Assembly: GCA_018304615.1 (NCBI GenBank)
Contig: JAGVVV010000008.1
Location: 25,741 to 89,740 of the forward strand
Reading direction: 5' to 3'
DNA from: Candidatus Aenigmatarchaeota archaeon
Lineage (GTDB): Archaea > Aenigmatarchaeota > Aenigmatarchaeia > CG10238-14 > SCSR01
DNA: 64,000 nucleotides
Below are positions 55,986 to 64,000 of this stretch, one piece after another. The position numbers and the translations under genes were made by a program. The notes below the pieces were generated by a model. That model made no database searches, was not told where the DNA came from, and worked only from the letters and a program-made list of their open reading frames with translations. Within the stretch, counting starts at the first letter, position 1, and each line of letters opens with the position of its first letter.

Positions 55986-58285
55986 TTCTTCCTCGCCTTC
56001 TTCCAATCATTGAATAATTTTTGAACTGCTTCTGGAACCTCGTCCTCTTTGACGTTTAGTTTCCATGCCGCCTCCTTCAATATTTTTTCCTTTCCCTTAA
56101 GAATTGAAATGGCGACATCTCCAGCTGAATATTCTAATCTAACAACTCCATCTTGAATTCTCTTCGTCCTAAGAATTGTGATTCCTTCAACTTCTGACGT
56201 TGATTTCACATGAGTTCCACCATCAGCCTCATGATCCATATCGCCGATGGAAACTATTCTCAGATGTTTTAATGGAATCGCTCCTCCCTGATAAATTGTG
56301 AAACCATATTTCTTTTCTGCATCCATCCTTGGCAGAATCTTCTCGGTCACTGGCAGATTTTGCTCAACTATTGAATTGGCTTCTGCCTCTATCTTCTCAA
56401 CATCAGAATCAGTAAGACTTTCGAAATGGGTTATATCCAATCTGGCCTTGTCTTCCTCCTTTTCAGACCCTGCCTGCCAGACATGTTTTCCGAGAACTTT
56501 TCTTGCAGCGGCGTTGATGATATGAGTTGCAGTGTGGTGTTTCGTGAGTTTTTCTCTCCTAGTCTTGTCGATTTGACATTCTATCTTTCCTTCTTTAATC
56601 GGGCTGGCGAGCTGGTGGATGATGACATTCTTGATTTTCTGGACATCAATCACATTAATACCATTGATAGTGCCAATGTCGTGCAACTGCCCGCCTGAAG
56701 TTGGATAAAATGCAGTCTGGTCCAGTATTAGGAATTTGCCTTCGTCAAAAGTCCTAATCACTCTGGCATCAAAATTGTAAATCACAGGATGCTCGTAGAA
56801 AAGAATATTCGTATCAGGGATATTTGAGACGTCGAAATGCCATTTGTCTTCGAGTTCTTTTTCGCCTCGATGTTTCTCTGTAAGATTTTTGTAGAAACCA
56901 GTCGGGACTTCGACTTCCAGTTCTTCAGGAGTAATTCCTTGGGAAGTGTAAAGTTTCTGGAGTTCCTCCTCGGTTATTTTTCTTCCCTTGTGGGAATCTA
57001 TGATCTTCTTGCTTCTCTCTTTGTCTTGTCTGTATCTTTTCTCTTCTATGTCCAAAATCTTATTTATCTCGTCGTCGTGTTCAGTCACCTCGGGAAATAT
57101 CTTGGATAAGGCTTTGGAATGCCAGTTGACGACATCATTCAATTTAATCTGCCATCCGAACCTGTCTATGAAACTCAGTGCTCTTCTTAGAATGACTCTG
57201 AGATTGTAGCCTCCGCCCACATTGCTCGGCAGTCCGCCATCACAAATAGCAAAAAGCAAAGCACGTGTATGATCTGAGATGGAATAAATGGCCTCCATCG
57301 GAGCAATCTTCTTTTCAAGTTCAGAAACAGAGATTTTCAATTTGTCTGCAACTTGCTTCCTTGCAGCCTTCATGTCAGGCGTCTCGTCTATGTTTAGGAT
57401 TCCAGAAATCGGAGCATACCTCTCAAAAAATTTAACGTCATAATCAACATCAGTTTCCTTTTTCAATTTCTCGACTACAACTTTCATAGAAGAATCGTAA
57501 CTTGTGGGAGTACCGTTTGAAAACCAGGTTAAATTCTCCAGACCCCAGCCGATGTCTATTACTTTCAGGGGGAGTTCTTTCATCTTCCCATTTACCATCT
57601 CGAACTGCATGAAAACTGAGGTTTCTAATTCGACTCCGCTTGCAAACTCCTCGAAACATGGGCCAAACGCAGACAGGTCTGGCATCGCCCATATGTCTTC
57701 GACGAAGATTATGTCATTCTTAGGAACATTCAGAACATTCGTGAAAAAATCGAAATGCATCTGCTCATTTTCATCTTTCCAATATACTTTCTTCTCAGCA
57801 GAGTTGAAGGCGTGCTGTCCCAGCATGACAAATGCAGTAAAGTGTCTGCCGCTCACTCCGACATTCTGTATGTCTCCGAACCTCATACACACTTGCGGAA
57901 CCAGAAGAGGGTTCTCAGGATATTCGAACGTTAAATTAGGAGAGAATCTCATGAAGTCTTGGATCGATGCCACAGTGAAGTAAAGATTTGGATGCCATCT
58001 TGAAACCACAGGGTATCTGCTTATTTTTGTGTGATTCTTTTTTGTGAAAAACTTTTCCAGTTCGTTCAGCATCTCTGTGTATTCTAAACCTTTCTTCTTC
58101 TTTATCGAATATGGTTCTCCGCACGAAGGACTCGGACAGTGTGTTCTATCAGATTGCAAAGTCCAGAATCCTCTCCCGCAATTAGGGCAGATTTTCCTCT
58201 TGAATCCCTCTTTTTCGAAAAGCTGGACTTTCCAGTGCTTGTCTGGATTTCTCTGCAATTCCTTCAGCAAATCCGCCTTTGACAT
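55982..58285 (-). CDS. alaS: alanyl-tRNA synthetase (catalytic + editing domains; no C-Ala domain)
   Basis: 767 aa; editing HxxxH (HTATHIINAAARKVLGKH) and CxxxH region. Confidence 0.85.
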   Translation of the reverse strand: MSKADLLKELQRNPDKHWKVQLFEKEGFKRKICPNCGRGFWTLQSDRTHCPSPSCGEPYSIKKKKGLEYTEMLNELEKFFTKKNHTKISRYPVVSRWHPNLYFTVASIQDFMRFSPNLTFEYPENPLLVPQVCMRFGDIQNVGVSGRHFTAFVMLGQHAFNSAEKKVYWKDENEQMHFDFFTNVLNVPKNDIIFVEDIWAMPDLSAFGPCFEEFASGVELETSVFMQFEMVNGKMKELPLKVIDIGWGLENLTWFSNGTPTSYDSSMKVVVEKLKKETDVDYDVKFFERYAPISGILNIDETPDMKAARKQVADKLKISVSELEKKIAPMEAIYSISDHTRALLFAICDGGLPSNVGGGYNLRVILRRALSFIDRFGWQIKLNDVVNWHSKALSKIFPEVTEHDDEINKILDIEEKRYRQDKERSKKIIDSHKGRKITEEELQKLYTSQGITPEELEVEVPTGFYKNLTEKHRGEKELEDKWHFDVSNIPDTNILFYEHPVIYNFDARVIRTFDEGKFLILDQTAFYPTSGGQLHDIGTINGINVIDVQKIKNVIIHQLASPIKEGKIECQIDKTRREKLTKHHTATHIINAAARKVLGKHVWQAGSEKEEDKARLDITHFESLTDSDVEKIEAEANSIVEQNLPVTEKILPRMDAEKKYGFTIYQGGAIPLKHLRIVSIGDMDHEADGGTHVKSTSEVEGITILRTKRIQDGVVRLEYSAGDVAISILKGKEKILKEAAWKLNVKEDEVPEAVQKLFNDWKKARKK

Positions 58286-58288
58286 AAA

Positions 58289-59509
58289 TTAAGATAGCCC
58301 GGCAAAGAATAAAATGCTTGGTAGGAGGAGCACTCCCATGCAATGGCTTTTCCTGATTCCGAGGAAGTTGCAAAGGAGACCTATGGAAACAGAAGTGAAA
58401 AGAATCAGCAAACCGCCAAATCCGGTCATAAGCATGACCATGGATATCAGGAAAACTATTATTACGAAAGTCAACTGCTGGTAATTTATTTTTTCCAAGT
58501 ACTTGGGGATTCTTTTTGCCATGAAAATTGTTATTAATGCAGCTATACCTGCGCTGAAACAAATGAAACCGACAAAAAAAACTACGTCGTTTGCCGACAA
58601 TCCACCCAGTATTTTTTCAATAGCCACGCTCGCACCGCTTCTCGGATTGTTCACAAGGAAAAGAGAGACGAGGGAGAATATCTCGTTTGAAATGTTAATT
58701 CCACTTAGTGTGACGAGGAAGTTTCTGGCCTCGCCAGTCGAGCCTAGATATTGGACCAATGTAGCTGCCTGAGAGACTCCAATTGCAGGTAACATGCCGA
58801 CGAGAACCCCGGCAAAAGAGCCGAGAATCACAGATTTGAACAAATTCATTTTGGAGATGTTCATTTGGTTGTCAAACTGTTGGACAGGAATTTTTGACTT
58901 TTGCGAAAAACTAATCAAAAGAAGACTCAATCCAAACAGACCACTCAAGACTGGAAACAGCACGTTCTGCTGAGAGACTATCGGGGAATTCAAAGATAAA
59001 ACTCCGAAAATTCCTGACATGAAAAATATTAGTGTGGCAGATAAAATCCTCTTGATTTTCTTTTCCGAAAGTATCATTATGATGGCGACAAGGGAGATCA
59101 CATAGTGGATGTATGGCCTGGAGAATCCGTACAGCTTGCTAAAGTAGTTTGCAAAAAAGAAAATGAAGACGAGGGTAATAAAGACAGAAAGAATTGCTCC
59201 GATTACAGTGAGTTTGATTGCCTCGTAACCCCTGCCCTCGAACAATAACTTGTGGCCTGGTAAAACTGAAAGTGCAGTTTCTTCCTCAGGAGCGCCGAGG
59301 AAAATTGACGGAATGTAGCTGATGAAAGTCTGGGTAATAGCAACTGAGATTATGAAGACTGTGAGATGCATGGGTGAAGAAAAAAACAGTGAAAGAGATA
59401 TGAACACAGGAAGTACGTTGTTGATGTGCATGCCAGGAAGTAATCCCAACCCAAATCCAACTGCAGTTCCAAATAAGCTGACCAGAATGAAGTCAATCAA
59501 GTATCTCAC
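58289..59509 (-). CDS. TctA-family (DUF112) membrane transporter subunit
   Basis: 406 aa, ~12 TM. Confidence 0.6.
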   Translation of the reverse strand: MRYLIDFILVSLFGTAVGFGLGLLPGMHINNVLPVFISLSLFFSSPMHLTVFIISVAITQTFISYIPSIFLGAPEEETALSVLPGHKLLFEGRGYEAIKLTVIGAILSVFITLVFIFFFANYFSKLYGFSRPYIHYVISLVAIIMILSEKKIKRILSATLIFFMSGIFGVLSLNSPIVSQQNVLFPVLSGLFGLSLLLISFSQKSKIPVQQFDNQMNISKMNLFKSVILGSFAGVLVGMLPAIGVSQAATLVQYLGSTGEARNFLVTLSGINISNEIFSLVSLFLVNNPRSGASVAIEKILGGLSANDVVFFVGFICFSAGIAALITIFMAKRIPKYLEKINYQQLTFVIIVFLISMVMLMTGFGGLLILFTSVSIGLLCNFLGIRKSHCMGVLLLPSILFFAGLS

Positions 59510-59898
59510 CTGAGAACTTTCACGTCAGAAGATTTTTTAGGAACAATCTGTAATTCACCCTTGTACTCTTCCAGGATTCCTTTGATAGCCAACCTCACTC
59601 CTTTAATCATTTTACTTGAATCTACTTTCTCCTTGTTTAGAAATGTTGAAAACATGACAACGTCTAATTTTCCTTCGCCGTCTTGAAGAGTGAGAAAGAG
59701 GTGGCCTGCTTTCGTTTTAGTTCTCGAAACTATTGTTCCTTCGGTGGAAATGAAATGACCAACGATGTCGGGTTTGATGGATTCGATTTCTAACTCATCG
59801 GGAGTGGTGAGAATAGATATGTAGTAAATCAAAAACAAGCCTAGCAAAGAGCATAATCCGCAGATGACAATTGTAAACTTCTTGTTTAGTGAAAACAT
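59506..59898 (-). CDS. membrane-anchored OB-fold protein
   Basis: 130 aa. Confidence 0.4.
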   Translation of the reverse strand: MFSLNKKFTIVICGLCSLLGLFLIYYISILTTPDELEIESIKPDIVGHFISTEGTIVSRTKTKAGHLFLTLQDGEGKLDVVMFSTFLNKEKVDSSKMIKGVRLAIKGILEEYKGELQIVPKKSSDVKVLR

Positions 59899-59956
59899 TC
59901 TCTTTTTTGATTCAGTAGAAAAGTCGCTGATATTGTTTTAGAACTACCGACAGTGG

Positions 59957-60538
59957 TTATTTGTCGAAATGAAGGTGGAAGTAACCGACTACCTTTTTGT
60001 TTCCCCCGAGAAGTTTGTTGAAATTTTCTACTGCCTCTCTTGTAGAATGGGTTTGGATTTTTACTCCCTTGATTTCAGCCAAATTTAAAACTTCGGAAGA
60101 AACTTGAGTACAATTGTCATTTCCAAGACCGAGAACTATGATTTCTGGATCTTCAGCAAGAAGGTAATTGAAATCCTTCAAAGAAAACAGATGCGGTGTT
60201 TTCAACCTGATGTTCTGGATTAATCCCTTGTAAGAAATTAATGTGTCGTTCTGATATGACTTGTTGTTTATCATCAGCGATCCGGTTTTCGAATGCCTGA
60301 CATTAAGGGGAGATTTGTAGTATCCGGGTCTGACAAGATGCTTCATCTTAAGGAATCTTCTCACCAGTTTGTCTCTTTTTCTGTCTCTGACGTCTGGAAT
60401 TTTCATAGAAGCTTCTATATATCTAATTAGGACGTCTTCGATAATTTTTGATTTCGGAATTTCAATGGCCAGTTTGTTTTCTCTGCGCCACTTGTCTATA
60501 ACACGTCTGATCAGTTCCTCGGATATGTCTGGCCTCAT
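59957..60538 (-). CDS. Mth938-like (DUF498) domain protein
   Basis: Start at MRPDISEE (ATG 60536-60538 minus); C-terminal IIVLGLGNDN..THSTREAVENFNKLLGGNKKVVGYFHLH. Confidence 0.5.
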   Translation of the reverse strand: MRPDISEELIRRVIDKWRRENKLAIEIPKSKIIEDVLIRYIEASMKIPDVRDRKRDKLVRRFLKMKHLVRPGYYKSPLNVRHSKTGSLMINNKSYQNDTLISYKGLIQNIRLKTPHLFSLKDFNYLLAEDPEIIVLGLGNDNCTQVSSEVLNLAEIKGVKIQTHSTREAVENFNKLLGGNKKVVGYFHLHFDK

Positions 60539-60609
60539 ATGTACAGTTATGTACAAAACCTGACTTAAAGCTTTATAAGAGACTTTTGCAAGAAGTTTCA
60601 GGTGATAAA

Positions 60610-60972
60610 ATGAATTTGAGAAGAATGGAAGGCGTATTGTTTGATTTAGGGAATTACATTGGAGGATTCGTACCCGTGGTAAAGACAGCAGCAAGTCCTT
60701 TGTCAGGATTGTTTGGAATCGCTTCAAAAGGAATGCATTACAAAGTTGAAGAAGCAATAGATCAAGATACAGAACCTTCTTACTCAACAAAAGTAGGAAC
60801 CGTTCTAACCGATTTAGGTATGACAACAACGGGAGGAGTAGCTGCTTGGCAAGGAATTAGTAGCTTGCCGAGTGATAGTTCACCAGTCGGTCTTACAACA
60901 CAGTTAGCGAAGGTATTGATAGGAGGGTACTATCTTGTAAAAGGAGTCGCTGGATTATATGTATGGAGGTGA
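60610..60972 (+). CDS. hypothetical protein
   Basis: 121 aa Gly/Thr-rich. Confidence 0.35.
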   Translation: MNLRRMEGVLFDLGNYIGGFVPVVKTAASPLSGLFGIASKGMHYKVEEAIDQDTEPSYSTKVGTVLTDLGMTTTGGVAAWQGISSLPSDSSPVGLTTQLAKVLIGGYYLVKGVAGLYVWR

Positions 60973-61013
60973 TACCTCCATTTTTTTAATATTTAAGAAA
61001 ACAATCTAATTGA

Positions 61014-61709
61014 ATGAATAAATTTAATTTCACGTTCGTAGTTTCATTAATTCCAAAAGTAATTTCTTACCTGACCTTAGGATTCGTCATCGGAGCTATC
61101 TGCGGATATTTATTATTTTATGCAAACAGACCTTTTTACGAATTCATTCTGAAATCTTGGTTCCAGAGAATTCTTTTCGGAGCAAAGTATCTTGACAATC
61201 AGTATACTCTCTGGTTTGTCATAAATAATTTCCTGGCTCTGACCCTAGCAATTGTGGGGGGAATGTTTCTTCTTATGAGTATAGGTAGGAGAAGGTTTGC
61301 ATTCTCCAACAAATTCAAATCATTTGAAAGATATCATCCTAAGGTCACTATGTTCAGCCTGTACATGCTTCCCATAGGGGCAACGTTCATCAACTCTTTT
61401 TTAATCTCCCTGTTCCTTGTTTTCACATATCTGAGCAGAGGTTACGATATATTTTTACTAAGTGTGAATGCGTTGGTTCCTCACGGGATAAATGAAATTT
61501 TCGCTCTCATACTCGCATCATCACTGGGATTGTCATATGTAAAAATTCTAGAGCCCATAATAATGAAAAAGAGGTGGGAAGAGGCCATAAAATTGGGAAA
61601 GCAGATGGTCCTTTCTAAAACTTCTTTCTATGTTTTCCTTTTCATTGCGATATTGATTCTGTTCAGCGCTTTCTTAGAAGGAAGCAAATTCCTGCTGCTA
61701 TCTAGATGA
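61014..61709 (+). CDS. DUF95/SpoIIM-like membrane protein
   Basis: 231 aa, 5-6 TM. Confidence 0.5.
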   Translation: MNKFNFTFVVSLIPKVISYLTLGFVIGAICGYLLFYANRPFYEFILKSWFQRILFGAKYLDNQYTLWFVINNFLALTLAIVGGMFLLMSIGRRRFAFSNKFKSFERYHPKVTMFSLYMLPIGATFINSFLISLFLVFTYLSRGYDIFLLSVNALVPHGINEIFALILASSLGLSYVKILEPIIMKKRWEEAIKLGKQMVLSKTSFYVFLFIAILILFSAFLEGSKFLLLSR

Positions 61710-64000
61710 TTATGAAAATTGAATCTCGATTTTTGAATCGCCGAAATCCAAACTGCCTTTATGCTTGCCTTTCAATTTTCCTATCAGAACTTCCTTGGCG
61801 CCTACTTCCTTCTTAAGGTTGATGATAAAAGTCTTGAGCAGTTTGTTTGTCATGTCGTCAGATTTCAGTGTGAGTTTTATGGATTGTTTGATGATGAAAC
61901 CATGCTTCTTCCTCAGAGATTGTATCTCTCTTGAAAGTTCCCTGTAAAGTGCTTCCTGCATCAATTTGGAGTCTAGTTGTTTTTGAATGAAAACTTTTCC
62001 GAAATCCATAGGAGCTTCGATGTATTCGTCACCTCTGGCAACAGAAGTCCTCACATCCTTTGAATTGCACATTGTCATCAGGACGCTCTTTAGATTCTTC
62101 ACCGCCTCTTTCATTTTCTTGTTTGAAGTTTGGACGAGAACCTCCTTGATAGGCCATCGCAGTTTTATCCCTGCGGTTTGCCTTACAGTCTGACAAGCTT
62201 CGACGATCTTCTTAACAACCTCCATGTCCTCTTCGAGTTTTTGATTTATCATTTTCTTATCTGGAACTGGCCAGTCGAGTAAATGAACTGATTCGACTTT
62301 GAGAGTTTTCTTTAGGACGCTCTGGTAGATTTCCTCGGACATGAAAGGGGTGAATGGTGCCAATAATCTGATTAGAGTTTCAGTTACTTTGACCAGCGTG
62401 AAGAAAGCTGCCTTCTTGTCCTTTCCGGAGTAGGTGGGCCAGACTCTGTCTCTTATCAGTTTCACATACCATCTCGAAAAGTCGTTAAGGATGAACTCCT
62501 TCAATTCTTTCGCAGACTTGTGGCCCTGGAAAGTTTTGTTGTATTCGGTTGTGTTTCTGACAAGAGTGTTCAGTTTGGAGAGGATCCATTTGTCCTCTAT
62601 TCTGAGATTCTTCGGAGACCCACTCCCAGAGACGTAAGTGCTGACAAAGTTGAAAACGTTTCTTATGACAACAAATGATTTTGAAATGTCGGCGATGTCT
62701 TCCCACTTGAAGAAGTAATCGTCCCAAGGTGCTCCGAGGAGGAAATAGAATCTCAGGACATCTCTTCCGTATTTCTTGATGACCTCTTCAGGCTCGACTG
62801 TGTTGCCCTTGCTCTTGGACATCTTTATCCCGTGAGCGTCAAGCACAAACCCGTGGAAGAGTACATTCAAAAATGGCTTTATTCCGAATGTCATTATGCT
62901 TGTGATCATGAGAGAGTTCCACCACCCTCTTATCTGGTCAGGACCTTCTAAAATGAAATCAGCAGGCCACATCTTGTCAAAAAGTTTTTTGTCAGAAGGG
63001 TAACCGAGAGATGCCCATGAGGCTACACCTGCGTCGAACCATACGTCCAAAACATCCGGAACTCTTCTCATCTCATCTCTGCAGACTTTGCATTTGAAAA
63101 CTATCTCATCAATGTAAGGTTTGTGCAAATCCTTGGGGATTTTCGGAAGTTCTTTCGTCGAACCTATTACTTTTACTTCGTTGCATTTCTTGCAGATCCA
63201 GATCGGAAGCGGAATTCCCCAGTATCTCTGTCTTGAAATGGGCCAGTCACCCAAGCTCTCGAGCCAGTTCTGGAATCTCTGCCCGGCCCATGCAGGAACC
63301 CAGTTTATTTTCTTGTTCTCGCTTAGCAATCTCTCTCTTATCTCGGTGACCTTGAAGAACCACTGTGGGACAGCCATCATCAAAAGTGGCGAGGAACATC
63401 TCCAGCAAAGAGGATAGTCATGTTCTACCTTTTCTTCAGATAAAAGTGCTCCCAAGTTTCTCAAATCTTCTATGATGAGTTTGTCAGCGGTCTTCACGAA
63501 CATTCCAGAATATTTTCCAGATTCCTTGTTGTATTTTCCATCGAAACCTAGGGGATTGACAATTGGCAGGTCGTTCTCTACTCCGACCTTGTAGTCTTCC
63601 TGTCCGTGCCCTGGAGCTGTATGAACTAAACCTGAACCGTCTTCAAGGGTGACATATTTGTCTGAAAGTACGATTCGGTGGGCGTTCTTCAGTTTTTTGA
63701 TAAATGGAAAAATGTCTCTGAGTGGGCTTTCGTATTCCAGGTCTTTCAGTTCTTTTCCTTTCATCGTTTCTAGGATTGTGAAATCTTTTATCTTGACCTT
63801 GGTCATCACGGAATCGAGAAGCTGCTTTGCGATTATGAAAATCTCATCTCCTACCTGAACTCTGGCATACTCGGCATCAGGCTTCACCATTATCCCTGTG
63901 TTTGAGGCGAGTGTCCATGGAGTGGTCGTCCAAATCACAAAATATTCGTTCTGTTTTTTCTTCAGTTTGAACTTGACAAAAATCGAAGGATCAGTCACCT
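61710..64000 (-). CDS. ileS: isoleucyl-tRNA synthetase, C-terminal ~760 aa (N-terminus beyond window)
   Basis: KMSKS = KMSKSKGN; editing/anticodon-binding regions. Confidence 0.85.
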   Translation of the reverse strand, partial: VTDPSIFVKFKLKKKQNEYFVIWTTTPWTLASNTGIMVKPDAEYARVQVGDEIFIIAKQLLDSVMTKVKIKDFTILETMKGKELKDLEYESPLRDIFPFIKKLKNAHRIVLSDKYVTLEDGSGLVHTAPGHGQEDYKVGVENDLPIVNPLGFDGKYNKESGKYSGMFVKTADKLIIEDLRNLGALLSEEKVEHDYPLCWRCSSPLLMMAVPQWFFKVTEIRERLLSENKKINWVPAWAGQRFQNWLESLGDWPISRQRYWGIPLPIWICKKCNEVKVIGSTKELPKIPKDLHKPYIDEIVFKCKVCRDEMRRVPDVLDVWFDAGVASWASLGYPSDKKLFDKMWPADFILEGPDQIRGWWNSLMITSIMTFGIKPFLNVLFHGFVLDAHGIKMSKSKGNTVEPEEVIKKYGRDVLRFYFLLGAPWDDYFFKWEDIADISKSFVVIRNVFNFVSTYVSGSGSPKNLRIEDKWILSKLNTLVRNTTEYNKTFQGHKSAKELKEFILNDFSRWYVKLIRDRVWPTYSGKDKKAAFFTLVKVTETLIRLLAPFTPFMSEEIYQSVLKKTLKVESVHLLDWPVPDKKMINQKLEEDMEVVKKIVEACQTVRQTAGIKLRWPIKEVLVQTSNKKMKEAVKNLKSVLMTMCNSKDVRTSVARGDEYIEAPMDFGKVFIQKQLDSKLMQEALYRELSREIQSLRKKHGFIIKQSIKLTLKSDDMTNKLLKTFIINLKKEVGAKEVLIGKLKGKHKGSLDFGDSKIEIQFS

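Overview
This window is a low-GC archaeal chromosome segment, probably from a small-genome DPANN-like archaeon. The evidence is eS19/eL15/eL31/eS24/eS6 ribosomal proteins, RNase P protein subunits, an exosome-proteasome superoperon, aIF2-gamma, aIF6, archaeal-type aminoacyl-tRNA synthetases, class-III-signal-peptide pilins, and tRNA genes with introns. 

The first 10.5 kb is an accessory island with five paralogs of a membrane-anchored sulfatase-like enzyme, one of them frameshifted. These are interleaved with two tRNA-Pro genes, a truncated tRNA-Pro copy that keeps its promoter, a HerA/FtsK-like ATPase, an FG-GAP propeller protein and a PRMT-like methyltransferase. 

From 10.5 to 33 kb the conserved information-processing core carries several insertions. 
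- A free-standing LAGLIDADG endonuclease gene sits between Pop5 and psmA. 
- psmA is interrupted: its conserved N-terminal motifs lie in two reading frames about 70 nt apart, and that gap is bracketed by a 16-bp inverted repeat. This may be an mRNA intron or a recoding site. 
- Pilin genes are inserted between eL39 and eL31. 

After an intron-containing initiator tRNA-Met comes a tightly overlapping operon of five small genes ending in an Mrr-type PD-(D/E)xK nuclease. I consider this operon the best candidate for an undescribed defence or toxin module. 

Between 49.7 and 53.3 kb three copies of a roughly 45-nt repeat share a 13-nt core with an adjacent 3' tRNA fragment. They bracket AT-rich segments that carry only hypothetical ORFs, which suggests serially integrated element remnants. 

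Smaller points: tRNA-Arg(TCT) has a roughly 30-nt intron at a non-canonical position. A 17-nt operator-like motif is shared by two adjacent promoters. AlaRS lacks its C-terminal domain and has a partly duplicated tail. Three conserved small genes missing from the ORF track (RpoP, eS31, eL39) were recovered by eye.
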